DNA of 64,000 nucleotides from Antedon mediterranea (Eukaryota; Animalia; Echinodermata), in assembly GCF_964355755.1 (NCBI RefSeq), contig NC_092670.1:38738388-38802387 (forward strand), read 5' to 3'. A model generated the notes under the pieces. It did no database searches. It had not been told where the DNA came from and saw nothing but the letters and a program-made list of their open reading frames with translations. Made by a program: the position numbers and the translations under genes. This document shows positions 23,661 through 37,900 of this stretch, piece by piece. Position 1 is the stretch's first letter; every line of letters starts with the position of its first letter.

Positions 23661-24373
23661 TATGGGACCTCAAAGATCTGCCCTAGTAGCTCTTTTAATA
23701 TACGCAATTTGTAAATGGACGTTCCAAAGGGAAAGCGGAATACTAGTTCAAGTCCATCGATACTGCGGTCACGCAAACAACAGTACAATACGATTCCCAA
23801 AACTTGCCAGTCTATACATTGACTCTTTATTCGCTCGTCACTCCGAAGTTTAAAAAAACACATTATCCGAAAATACTACATCCATCAGAACAATGATCTT
23901 GCATTTGTTTCGCTTTTGATTCTCGCATTGTGTGGTGATATAGCATCTAACCCCGGGCCCACCAAGGATCCATGCGGTTCTTGTACTAGGTGTGTCAGAC
24001 CGAATCAACGCGGTATACAATGCGATGATTGCAATTACTGGTTTCATCTGAAATGTACCAACTTGTTAGAGGAAGAGTTCTATGCTCTCGCAAAATCAGC
24101 CAGTAACTGGTACTGCTACCCGTGTTCTTTGCCTCAACTCGGCGACTCCTTTTTTTAAACTGAAGATACAGAATCTCTAGACAGTGAATATGCTTCCGAT
24201 TCTGACTCTCTGGACCAAAGTGAGCATGTAAACCTCCGAAATTATTTAAATTGTTTGTATATCAACGCCAGAAGCAGCAAGACTGTCAACAAGAAAGTAA
24301 ACAAGTTCAGGGACTTGGAAGTAATTCAGTCGTCCCAAAAACATGACTGTATTTTTATTACTGAAACTGCATG
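23661..24373 (+). mobile_element. Disrupted 5' part of a CR1/L2-type LINE ORF: 2A-like motif, PHD finger, start of APE endonuclease
   Basis: LCGDIASNPGP, then PHD CGSC...IQCDDCNYWFHLKC...WYCYPC. After an in-frame TAA (24156) the frame continues LNCLYINARS...DCIFITET (APE motifs I-II) and then breaks off. Confidence 0.8.
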
Positions 24374-24482
24374 ATATGCTGATGTCCTAGCCACCTGCAT
24401 GATATGATATGCTGATGTCCTAAACACCTGCATAATATGCAGATGTCCTAACCACCTGCATAATATGCAGATGTCCTAACCA
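24369..24482. repeat. About 27-bp tandem repeat x4 at the LINE breakpoint
   Basis: gcat(g/a)atatgc(t)(a)gatgtccta..cacct repeated. Confidence 0.75.
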
Positions 24483-26157
24483 TTAGACATTTCATGGTAT
24501 TGTTCAAATTCAATGAAGCTTAGATATATTTACTGTATAAACTTGGTACTGTCTGAAATATATTCCCTGCCCCATTGCCCTCCTATTAGAAATGTCTGTA
24601 CCAATGGATGTTAACTGCCACAATGACATTACTTTAATTATTGTGTACACATTTTTAATATTTAGTAAAGCGTGGTTCCCACTAGCGACGTAACGCAAGT
24701 AAATTGACCAATCACGCTTGTGATTGCTAACTGTCTATAACTTCGCTTGTCATTGGTTAAAACGCTTGTGTTGCGTTTACGTCCTTGCGTTACGTTCTAG
24801 TGGGAACCAAGCTTAAGTAAGTAAGTATACATATTTTATTAGTACAATACAATATTTTTTTTTATTGAAAATTATATTCTAGTTAAAATTTAAATTGATT
24901 TCTACAGTAGAATAACGATGTTAATTATTAGTACAGTATTATGTATTATTAGTACAGTATTATGCTTGTCGTCATGACATCTTTTTCAAGATGAAAGGAG
25001 GCGAAGAACGAACATTAAACTGACCAATGTACAGTGGGCATTAGTACTTTACTGTATTACAAATAAACTATGAAATAAGACTGTACTTATTTATTTCTCT
25101 CCATGTGTTTACTTTTAAAACCCAATATTAATCAATGGCTCTTCAGTGAGATTTTTCTTTTAAAGTATTTATGTTTGATTTCACATAAGTTAATAAAGAG
25201 TGAAACAATTCCTTAGCCTAAGTGTAATATGTGAGTACAGCAACTGGATTGTTTTGTAACTTGTTATGTGTTTATATTACAACTAATAAATACTTACCGA
25301 TGCAATGATAGTCGAGTCATGGTGACCTTAAAATCCTTAACTAAAATACTGCTACTGCACCTCTTCTTGTACCTATGGAAAAACATCACTTTTGTTAAAA
25401 TTGTTTGTCATTTTAGAATAATATTTTATTCTTAATTTTTATTTTGAATCATGCAATAAACATTTTTAGCTAATTTCAATGTGCGTGTTGTTTTGATTAA
25501 TTTTAATACAGCCACTGTATCTATAATCTGTACAGTTTCATAGGCTGTGATACATATGTATCACATATGACACATTGTATCATAGGTAATATGTGATACT
25601 GAAATTGCCTATGAAATGAGAATCGAGTTCCATCTGTTAATCAAACTAAATAACAGACCTGATTTTTACCTTTTTATTTTCGCAAAATCATTACAGTATA
25701 TTGTACGCTGTACATACATGTAACAATATTCAACAATAGTCCTCATTTTTATTTACTTAAGACGACACAAAAAAACCAAATAATAATACAAGATTTTGGC
25801 TGAAAACCTGTTTTAATTATGTTTAATTCAATTATGTATTAATGATATAACCAACATTTGCAGTATTATCACCAAAATGTGAATAACTTGACAACATAAG
25901 AAGGCAAGAAAGTCAAGGCATAAAATAAAAAAAATGTTGAGACAATTCTGAGCATTGATTGTGTTAAAAATACAAATTTGTTAGGAGTTATCTTGAGAAC
26001 TGATTACATTAAACAGCAAACCAGTGGTGCATAATGATTATGCACGCTCATTGGCTAAACCCAGGGGTCCAGAGGATGAGCAATCAAATGCAACTACCCA
26101 TCGTTGATGGACTGCTGAACCAGGTGCCCTTTCCCGGTGTATTGCGCAACTGCAACA

Positions 26158-26460
26158 GACACACACACTAATGGGTGGGGAACATATAAATGGGTGGGGA
26201 CACACACACTAATGGGCACGAACACACACACTATGGGTGAGGAACAAACCAATAGGTGGGGACACGTACCAATGGATGGGGACACACACTAATGGGTGAG
26301 GAACATGCACCAATAAGTTGGGACATGCATAAATGGGTGGGGACACACACTAATGAGTGGGAACATAATAATGGGTGGGGACACACACTAATGGAAGGGT
26401 ACACACACTAACGGAATGGGACACACACATGGGTGGGGACACACACTAATGGGTGGGGAG
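26158..26460. repeat. About 20-bp minisatellite (acacacactaatgggtgggg)n
   Basis: Degenerate tandem array. Confidence 0.85.
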
Positions 26461-28749
26461 GCTAACTAGATAAAACACTACTGTAATAAAATGAAAACAA
26501 AGTTTATAAAGGCATAATTGATTTTTGAGGCACTTTGGTAACTATGTTCTAACTTCATATATATTCTAAACTAAGCTATACACATATTTATTTTAATGAG
26601 TTGATTTAAGTAAATTAACAAGTTTTATACACACAAAAAAATTGAATACAATGTGAATACAGTAACAATCAAACAAAAAGTCCAATTCACTCACTATGAT
26701 GTATACATATTATATAAGAAAAAATGTACAAATATATTTATAAAACAATGAAGGAATATACTCATAATACATTATGAATATGATATACCCTTTTTCCCAA
26801 AATGCAACATTTAAGTTCGGCCCCTTTTTTGCATATAAACTTAAAGATGTATTTGATGAATTTTTTTTCTATGGAAGTGATTAAACTTATTAAAACTGCG
26901 AAATGGCCTATTCAAAATCTTTTTTTTGTACTAATCTTCATTTTTCATGACCCAATACATAATTAACATACATGTAAGCAGTCTTTCTAGCATGCTGAGA
27001 AAATAATACTAGGCAGGTTTTTTTGAACTTACACACTGCATTCTGGGAAATAATGAATAAAGTTTAGCTACTTAAAGAAAAGCACACTATCAAGCAAAAT
27101 ACAGAATTTTAAAGAAATAAATGTTATATATATATTACATGAACGGAATCTGGATCAACAAGAACGAACATTAGCATATGAACATTAAAAAAGAATACAG
27201 AAAATATGAACATTAAAAAAGAACACAGAAAATGTGAACATTAAAAAAGAACACAGAAAATGTGAACATTAAAAAAGAATAATTTTTTTTAAATAGAACA
27301 CTTTAAAAAAACTAATTACAGTTGTACTGTAACATTTACTAAATTATGTTAAGCATTAAAATGTATTAATTAAAAATTACAGTTTTACTGTGATGAAGGG
27401 ACTAAATATCAAAATGTATTGGCATAGTTTTTATATTATTATTAAGTAGTTGCCATAATATGTAAGTAGTAGGCACTATTTATAAACATTAATCTATAAA
27501 ACTCTTAACTATAAATTCAAACACAGGAGTATTTGTTTTTAGTACCACTAATGGTAACGATTCTTAACTCGCATCCACTGCATAGTGTTTAGCCAAACCA
27601 ATTTTGGGCTAGTGGCGTATTTAAATGGCGATGAGCTCAAGGGGCCCCAGAGCATGAGCAGTCTAATGCAATTAACTAGCCAGCATTGGAGGGCCCTTAG
27701 GAGTGCTAAACCAGGGGTCTTTGTTCTATGCATTATGCCACTGTTTTAGGCTAGTCAGTCTGCCTTTGATGATGTCGTGTGAAAATTGACATTCTCATTT
27801 AGCAATACACAATAATTATTATTATAATATTAGTTAAGGCTAGCAAAAGGCACATATGCTAGTGAAATTGAATTGGCTTGCCTCTCGTTATTTGAAGTCA
27901 GCTTTATACTACTGTTTGTTATGTTATTTAAACATAATCTATTGGAATATAGTCTGAAATTCATTCATTGTTAAACATTTTTACACTAACTATATCCACA
28001 TAATTACAACATTGTTTTCTTGTTGTTTTTGATTAAGTAATGAATTTCTTATTTCTTAATTTTTATATGTTTCATTTTAAAACATTTTTCTTAAATTTAA
28101 ATTATTACATACTTCTTTTGTACACATTATTGGCTAAAAACAATAACATTTCTGGACTAAAATACAACTTAGTTTATTGTTTTAAAATTTAAGCAAAAAT
28201 AGATATAGGTCTACAATACACAAATATGAAACAAAATAAATAGAACACTACAAAGTAAACAAAATCTAAGGGAAAAAATACAAAAATTATTATAAACAAA
28301 TATTGTAAATTAGAAACAACAAAATATTGCTTAAAACTACCTACACTGTAATGGTACAGTATCACCCTGTTAAATGATCATGAAATCAGGTAACATTTAT
28401 TGGCTACCATAGCAACCAAACACACACAAAATTGGTAGAAACCCAAGATAAAGTGAACATTTTTTTTTACAATTTTGTTTTCTTAATTTTGCAAAAAATT
28501 GTTTAAAAACAGTAAAATATATTTTTGTTTAGCATAGCTCTCATGCCATTCTTCCTACTAAAGTATTCGGAAGACAAATTACTTATTACCGATACAATGG
28601 TAATGCATTATAGTATTTATATACTTTGCATTTTAATTATAGATTGCTACATTTTGAATACACACAAAAAATGTTTTAGCGCCCTCAATTGTAATGGTGA
28701 AGTCATAGGTTAACAATGATTGTCAATCATTTTGTGAAAGCTGTCAATT

Positions 28750-28932
28750 TGATTTTCTGAGATTTAAATGGCTGTCATATACTTTTCTGATATTTAAATG
28801 GCTGTCATTTTATCTTCTGATATTTAAATGGCTGTCATTTAATTTTGTAATATTTAAATGGTTCTCATTTAATTTTCTGATATCTAAATGGCTGTCATTT
28901 AATTTTCTGAGATTTAAATGGCTGTTAATTTT
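28750..28932. repeat. 30-bp tandem repeat (about 6 units) overlapping the ASPH stop codon
   Basis: tttaaatggctgtcatttaattttctgata units. The last unit contains the codons RKLTAI*. Confidence 0.85.
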
Positions 28933-31900
28933 CTACGCTGTGATTCCGTGAGTTCTGGGTGCCAGAAGTCTACAATAAGAATTAACCTAAAGCTGTCACC
29001 ATCATGCCAAACCTCATGCTCAAAGGAATCGTCAAATATAAGCATCTTGCCTTCTTGCCACTTCCTATAAAACAAGAAAATTAAACTTGAAAGATACCAT
29101 GCCAAGGAGTGACAAAAAAGTATGATATGCACAAATATGGTAGTGACATCCCCAAATATGGTAGTGACATCCCCAAATATGGTAGTGACATCCCCAAATA
29201 TGGTAGTGACATCCCCAAATATGGTAGTGACATCCCCAAATATGGTAGTGACATCCCCAAATATGGTAGTGACATCCCCAAATATGGTAGTGACATCCCC
29301 AAATATGGTAGTGACATCCCCAAATATGGTAGTGACGTCCCCAAATATGGTAGTGACGTCCCCAAATATGGTAGTGACGTCCCCAAATATGGTAGTGACG
29401 TCCCCAAATATGGTAGTGACGTCCCCAAATATGGTAGTGACGTCCCCAAATATGGTAGTGACGTCCCCAAATATGGTAGTGACGTCTCCAAATATGGTAG
29501 TGACATCCCCAAATATGGTAGTGACATCCCCAAATATGGTAGTGACATCCCCAAATATGGTAGTGACATCCCCAAATATGGTAGTGACATCCCCAAATAT
29601 GGTAGTGACATCCCCAAATATGGTAGTGACATCCCCAAATATGGCAGTGACATCCCCAAATTTGGTAGCGACATCCCCAAATATGGCAGTGACATCCCCA
29701 AATATGGTAGTGATATCCCAATATATGGTAGTGACATCCCAATATATGGTAGTGACATCCCCAAATATGGTAGTGACATCCCCAAATATGGTAGTGATAT
29801 CCCAATATATGGTAGTGACATCCCAATATATGGTAGTGACATCCCCAAATATGGTAGTGATATCCCAATATATGGTAGTGATATGACATTGTCATGTTCA
29901 TATGGGCACATCACATTTTGTTTGATAGAGTAGACAGAGCTTTAGCCTTAACATATTAGTTAATTAATAAGATTTTAATTAAACTACATTTTTTAAATAA
30001 AAAAACTAAATGAAAATTTCTTAAGCTGAAATGATGTGTTTTGTCTAATTTAATAATGTTTAAAAACGCATGTTTTTATCAAATCATTACGCAGCTAATA
30101 TCACTTATAAAATATTCTTACCTAGTTTGATCTTTGACCCGTATCCTAAGGCCGTCTGGGACAACTAAACCTAGATGACTGCGCAGTCTACAATTGGTTG
30201 GTCCGCAGTGCGCCCATATGTGAGTGCCTGGGTGCAATACCGAAAACTTCACTTGGCCTCGCTTGTTACTAGTTGCCATTGGAATCTGATCAATGATTTC
30301 ACAGGTTTTTGGCGCCCTCTTACAGTTAGCATCGTTTCGTTTACCTATTGTTAAAAGTGAAAACTAGTAGTACATGAATCTTGATTCAATACAAGTTATT
30401 AAGACGGTTGTATTACAATAATAAATAGTATATTTATTTCATTTATTACACATCAAAAATAGGGATTTTGTAAATTTGCTGCCTTTAACCTTGGTTATTT
30501 CCAGATTTCATATTGGCTTAATTCTCAATTTTTTTATAGAAATGTCTTACTATATATTATAGTTGTGACTGATTATCGTTTGGAAAAGGAAATTTCATGA
30601 TTTTAAATCAGGATTCGCTCACAAAAACGTGAAAAATATAGCAACCAATTCAAATTAAAATATTAAAAAATAATATAATTATATTTAAAGATGTATTGTA
30701 CCTTGAAACACAAAAAATGAAGGTCAAAATATTCTAAATTTAAATTGGCCATATCAAACTAATATTAAAGTTATTCACTTTAAGTCAAAAATTCGAGCCA
30801 AAAACAACAAGTTTACGTAATTACCAGGTAAATTAATTTGATTACATTTTGTCTGGAAATCGTCGCGAGTGAAAGTAAACAAAAATTTCAAACCAAGAGT
30901 ATGCATTATGCATGATGCTAATTAGAATTGTTTACAACTCGTCACGGTTGAGAAGGTGTTCACACACAGATCGCGAGGAAGTTTTATGAGCGCATTATGA
31001 GATATGTTTTAATCAAAAACTTTGACTGGAAGTTATTTTTTGAACTAAAAAAATGTTTGTATTTCAGTTAAATGATTTTTTTTTTGACTAATTTTTGGTG
31101 AAAGTTAATAACTATTATGATACTTCAAAATGACCGACTTTTTTTCGAAATCTTTTAATTTTTTTTTTTTTGAATTAGTCAAAGGGACAATACATCTTTA
31201 ATTTTTACAGATTTTTAATGTTACTGTTTTACACTTTTACCATTTATTGTCATTTTTTAGTCCGTTTTATGTATCTTTTAATCGGATTTGATGACAACTA
31301 ACATTTCTTTCTTTTTTACCAAGACAAATAAAGTTTCTTGCTTAAAATGTATTAAAATGACAAGTTACCTCGTGTGTACAAGGTAAACTGTTTCCAGTCA
31401 CCACTCTCCCGTAGGTTCTCAACCTCAGGTACGAAAGAGCCAGTTTTAGGATCCATGTTCGCAACTCCCTCATCACGTATAACTTGCCAATTATCCTCAA
31501 GAAGCTAAACACACACAAACAACTATTAAGCTCTGTTTACACTATCAACAAGTTTGATGTGCCCAAATATGGTAATGATACAACATCATCATGTTTATAT
31601 ATGGGCACATCACATTTTTTTGTCAAACTAGTTTGATAGTGTAGACAGATATTTATAAATAATCTGCTACGAATCTTTTAAAAATAAACATTTGATACTA
31701 TCCTAATTGTCATTAATATTATAACCACAACATTTACCATGCTAAATTTTTACACAAAACTTTGGTAAATTACATTGTTATATATATCTAATTATAATCC
31801 CACTCCAAAGTTTCCTAACATTTGATACTGGAACTAAACTTCATTATTTTATTTTATTTCACTCCAAACCAACATTGCCACTAACAGACTGGTTATTTAT

Positions 31901-34900
31901 TTACGTTAATAAGCACAGAATAAAAGACAACATAAAAATGATAAGGAATTCCTTACTTTGATAAACTTGGCCACCTTTGCAGAATCTGGGGTCCACCATG
32001 GCTTGGCGGTTAAAGAATCCACATTGTAGAGTGACCGTTGCCATTTAGACAAAAAGAAGCCTTTTTTTGCAGCTGAACTATATACTTCATAGGCCTATGA
32101 AGAAACAATAATAAACATTTATTTATTTGACCAAAAGGTTTAAAGCTTGACCATGAAAAGAAAGTCTCCTCGGTAAAGGACTAAATGTCAAGTATACACA
32201 TCTGGCTTGTGTGCACTTTAAAGAAAACCCCAGTGCAACTTTCAGAATAGTAGAGATACCCAGGTGTACTGTTCCATCTCAGCCACTTTCGTTAATAATA
32301 GGTCTGAATTGTGGCTGCTGTGCGTCTATCGTGAGAACCTAATCAAATTTTCCTCAATTGAGGATGAATATTACCATTATCAAACATTATTCAAAGATAT
32401 AGTATTACTAAAGGTCTGTCTACACAATCAAACTTTATGTGACAACAAAATGTGATGTGCCCATATATCACTACCATATTTATTTATTTATTTTTATTTC
32501 ATAACTCGCCGAGTATGGAGCATTTGGGCATATCACTACCATATTTGGGCATATCACTACCATATTTGGGCACATCACACTTTTTTTGTCAAACTAGTTT
32601 GATAGTGTACACAGAGCTTTAGTGTAAATTTAAAAATGTATTGATTATACCTGTTCTACTCTACCCAGTCTATATAACGCATCCCCAAGATGGAAGTAGT
32701 ATTTTCCTTCTTTCGTTCCTTCTTCTTCCGTTGCTATTCCCTCTGTCAACAGTGGAATACTTTCTTCATACTTTGTCTCTGATTTGAGGATGAACCCAAG
32801 ATGGACTTTAGCATGACCGTCACTGGGAACCACTTCAAGGATCTGAGAAACAATTGACAAAAATATACAAAATTAAATACACCTGTACAAGTAGAGGATA
32901 CTGTTAAAAACAGATACAGAGGTGTAAGCTCTGTCTACACTATCAAACTCTAGTTGTTGTGCCCAAATATGGTAGTGGTATGACATAATCATGTCCATAT
33001 ATGGGCACGTCACATAAAATTTGATAGTGTGGACAGAGCTTTAAACGGGTGCAGGTCAAGTCGGCCCCAAACCGTCTCGGCCAAAGTCAAGTCGGCCCCA
33101 CGTCAAGTCGGCCCCAAGTCAACTCGGCCTCAAGTCAACTCGGCCTCAAGTCAACTCGGCCTCACGTCAACTCGGCCAAAAACTAATCGGTCAACTCGGC
33201 CACAATAAAGTATGGAACGCAAAAAGTGCTTAATATTATTACGGTTCTTACTATCCACGTTTAAAAAAAAATGAAGAAATAAAAAATATAATATCATATA
33301 AAAAAATGAACTCATTGCCGATATTAATAGAAGTACCCGCGTGTTACAAAAAACACGTGCAGGTACCGTATTTTAGGAAATCGAAGACGGAGGCCTACGT
33401 TCCACCATTTGGCCATAGAAACGTACATCGTTTTTGTGCATGATTTGCGTTTTAAAAAAAGGGGAATCCCCCGGTCAGCGAAAACACGTAGCAGTTGTAG
33501 ATATCGAAAAAGTTGGCAAACGCACAGGGAGGCTCAGCTACGAAATTTTATTAAACGTAAATAAAGGAAAGTTGGTGAAATCATTCCTATTTTTTTTGCT
33601 AAATATATTATTGTCTAAATAATAATATTCATTAAAAGTCAGAATTATTCATAGTTAAAAAATTGTGAAGAAATATTATTTTATCAATCCCTTTTATTTG
33701 CACTTTTTGCGTTCCATACTTTAATGGGCCGAGTTGACCGATTATTTTTTGGCCGACTTGACGTGAGGCCGAGTTGACTTGAGGCCGAGTTTACTTGCGG
33801 CCGAGTTGACCTGAGGCCGACTTGACTTGGCCGAGACGGTTTAGGGCCGACTTGGATCGAAACCCTTTAAACACTATGTATGCTTACAGTACATACATAT
33901 ACGGTTAAGGTTAAGATACGGTTTTAAGGCCTGTTCATACTAGGAAGGTCGATGACAAACTATACACAGATAGAAATACAGAAATCACAAGAAATTAGAA
34001 AAGTTTTTATCCTAGAACTACTGTATACAGTAGGATTTATACATATCTTTGATGAAAATAATATTTATACCTATTCTCTTTGGACCCTTTACCACATAAG
34101 GCTGCTAAATATTTATATGGAATATTTATCATCATTAGTTAGTTATCATCTTGTTTCTATTTTAATACTCAAGAACTTTAATGTGTATAATGAAAATTAT
34201 AACCAGATAGACAACAGGAAATTTACATTCAAGTAGTGGCCGTTGCCATTTAGAGAAAAAAAGGCCTTTTTCTTTAACTGAGCTATATACTTTATAATAT
34301 AAGAAAAAATTGGCTGATAATTCACAAATAATACCTTTTGAAAGATTGGTTTTGCTGCATTGTTGTTGCCTTTTATCAAATATGTAACTCCCAGTTCACG
34401 TAAAACCGTAATATCATTTGGAATCCTTTTATTTAAATCTTCCAATACAGATATTGATTTCATGGAATTTCCTAAAAATGAAAAAATACATTTTAAGTAT
34501 TATTAGTACAGATATTTCATTCTTAAGCTCTGTCTACACTATCAAACTAATTTGAAAAAAACTGTGATATGTCTAAATATGGTAGTGATATGCCCAAATA
34601 TGGTAGTGTTAGGACATCATCATGTCCATATATGGGCACAGTACATTTTGTTGTCACATAAAATCGATTATAAATAAGTGTATTAAGAGTTTTGGTAATA
34701 AATAATATGACAGTGATCACATTCAATAGGAGGTGTAAAATTTTAAAAAACGTAGAAACAAAATAAGGAAAGGGAGACAAGCAATAAAGGGAGAATATGC
34801 AGCGGTCCCAGGAGATATTGCACCTTTAACAGGAATCAGGGAATATACCAGTAGACTTGAGAGGTATGAATATGCATTGTACCCTATGGTAAGCTTTGCA

Positions 34901-37900
34901 TCAATATTGTCATTGCAAATAGAACTGAAACAAGGATTTTGTGTACATTTGAGGCCATTAGTTCATTTGTATTCATGCCATTTGTCGTATTCAATTGGGA
35001 CATTTTGTTGTCAGCATAAAGATTCGTTGAGCACTTTTTGTATTCAAATTGTGCTCAATAGAAAATCAAATAGAGAAAGCGTTAACAAAGCAACCTTTTT
35101 CATTAAAGCCCATTCCCTACGTTTTTTTAGATCTAATTTAAGATCACAAACTATATTTAATGTAAAAATAATACTATATGGTCCTATTGCGATAACTTTT
35201 TTCGTCTTTAAACGGTTAAAAACGGCTATAAATCCCAAAATGCATTGCGCGCGGATTGATATTTTTGTTTTTCACCTGTAATTCGCCCACTTTTCGATCG
35301 ATCGTGAAGCCAAAACAAATGGAAGACTCCTAACTTTTCAGCGAAAATACCGGGTTTTCCCCAATTTGTATCAACGGAGTATGGCAAAAATAGAAAGACA
35401 ATTAATGCAGCAACTATACAACGTCAGGCTAGGTATATAGCTAGCGTACGATGTTCGTACGTTATCGATGTTTACCAGCTAGGCCTACAAAACTAAGCCT
35501 AGCTAGGCTAGGCCTAAGACCGTCCACGAGAGGTCGATCGCCGCGAGCTACTTAGGTAGTGCATTGTTTCTCACTTTTTATCATAATTTACCATAAAACG
35601 TACATTTAAGGCAAGGAATGACATGGTTTAATGTTTTTAAAGTGATATATATGTATTATTTTCAAAAAAACTTCCAAAATTGCAGAGAAGGGGTCTTTAA
35701 GAACAATCTCAAGACTCTAAATACTCTGTTAAATAAGCACTTAACGGAAAAACTCAATGGTAAAATTCCCAATTGTATCTTTAGACAGTTTATGCCTTTG
35801 TTGCTGTATTTACCTAGGAAACGTAGCCTGTCTGCTTGCGCAATCATTGCTTCTTTCAACACTTCATTAGGACAGTTTGGTGCCTTGGCTACCTCATCAT
35901 ATGCGCTAATACAACTATAAAAATTAGAATTTGTAATCAATTAAAAAACAAAACCTAATACTTTTGGCAATATGAAAACTTGTAGGAATTGTAAGACATA
36001 TAAAAAAAAAAAAAGTTTATGTATGTGTGCAGTGGCTTAACAGCTATGAGCGCTCACTGGCTAAACCCAGGGTCCACAAAGCTTATGGGGCCCATGAACA
36101 GTGCCCAGAGAAAAAAACAGGAATTAAAATATGCCAACAAAGCTAAAAACTCCCGAGGCCTCCAGCGTTCGAACTTGGAGGTCCACTTAGGTTTCATAAA
36201 CCAGGGACCTCAGGCTTCAACGTTACGCCACTGTATGTGTAGATAAAAACATTTAACCAACTTACGATTTTAATAAGTCATTACTACGTTGTTCATCAGC
36301 AATGTAGTACAATGCATTAGCGCGACCTAGACGTGCTCGTGGACTAGCTGGGTGTGTTGTTAAAAGCTTCTCAAATCTTCTCAAAGCAGACTCATATTTT
36401 TTCTAGTAAAAAATTAAAAAAAAGATTATCTACAAGTCATTTTAATGGCTTTGTTCTTTTTTCCGATTCAAAATCATCAACTCTACGTGGCCTTATTGCT
36501 AAATAACAAAGGTCAGTGACCTTTTACACTCTTGAAAATCTTCAAATTCAATGACCATAATCCAGGATTTTGAGATTCTATTCAGATAAATAAATGACCA
36601 CAATCATCGTTTAAATGATATACTGTTTTTCTAACATTTAAAAATGTTCCTGTGTACACCATCACTTTATATGACAAAACAAATTTGATGTGCTCATATA
36701 TGGACATGATGATGTCATATCACTCTCATACTGGGCATATCACTACCATATTTGGGCACATCACACTTTTTTGTCAAACTAATTTGATAGTGTAGACAAC
36801 GCTCTAAGAAATTTAATGAACAAACCTGCACAATAAGGTCTTCACAAAGATCCAGTTCTTTTTCAATGGCTTTATCGTAAGTATTGGTTCGCCCAACCAA
36901 AAGTATTTCTTCTTTTGAATTCTTCTTTCGCTTCTTTTTATTTTCTTCTTCAGCCACCAGTTGATCTTCTTTCTTTGGCTCTGGTGCCTTTTCTTTCTTT
37001 AGCTCAGTTTCTTTTTCCTTCTTTGGCTCAGGTTTTTTCTCTTTCTTAGATTCTGGTACCTTCTCTTTCTTTGCATCCGGTGTCTGACCTTCTGATTTCT
37101 TAGACTCAGATTCTTTTATTGGTTTAGGTACTTTTTTTTCCATTTTGTCCAACTTTTCATTTAACTCAGGTATCTTATCTTCTTTTGGTTCTTGTTTCTC
37201 TTTCTTTGCTTCTGGTGCCTTTTCTTTTTTCGGTTCTGGTGCCTTGTCTTTCTTTGGCTCTGGTGCCTTCTCTTTCTTTGGCTCAGGTGCCTTCTCTTTC
37301 TTTGGTTCTGGTGCCTTCTCTTTCTTTGCTTCTGGTGTCTTTTCTTTCTTAGGCTCTGGTTCTTTCTTTGGCGCTGGTGCTTTCTCTTTCTTAGGTTCTG
37401 GTGCCTTCTCTTTCTTTGGCTCTGGTGCCTTCTCTTTCTTTGGCTCTGGTGCTTTATCTTTCTTTGGCTCTGGTGCCTTCTCTTTCTTTGGCTCTGGTGC
37501 CTTCTCTTTCTTAGGCTCTGGTGCCTTCTCTTTCTTTGGCTCTGGCGCCTTCTCTTTCTTTGGCTCTGGCGCCTTCTCTTTCTTAGGCTCTGGTGCCTTC
37601 TCTTTCTTTGGCTCTGGTGCCTTCTCTTTCTTTGGGTCTGGTGCCTTTTCTTTCTTAGGCTCTGGCGCCTTTTCTTTTTTAGGCTCTGGTGCCTTCTCTT
37701 TCTTTGGCTCTGGTGCCTTTTCTTTTTTAGGCTCTGGTGCCTTCTCTTTCTTTGGTTCTGGTGCCTTCTCTTTCTTTGGCTCTGGTGCCTTCTCTTTCTT
37801 TGGCTCTGGTGCCTTCTCTTTCTTTGGCTCTGGCGTCTTCTCTTTCTTTGGCTCTGGTGCCTTTTCTTTCTTTGGCTCTAGTTTCTTTTCTTTCTTTGGT

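Noticed and set aside
23916-24158. Stand-alone PHD-finger gene or third exon of the TIR-Death gene
   Set aside because: The context (2A-like motif before, APE motifs after, premature stop) indicates a LINE remnant, and the TIR-Death gene already has a stop and poly(A) signal.
29065-29933. Four overlapping 250-280-aa ORFs (e.g. CHYHIWG, SDIPKYG repeats) and a CRISPR-like appearance
   Set aside because: A stop-free 21-bp tandem unit inside an intronic MITE. There are no unique spacers or cas genes, and the DNA is eukaryotic.
34880-35770. CpG-richer intronic segment with a 134-aa ORF in ASPH intron 5
   Set aside because: Probably a TE remnant, but I could not define termini or a TSD and the ORF has no motif.
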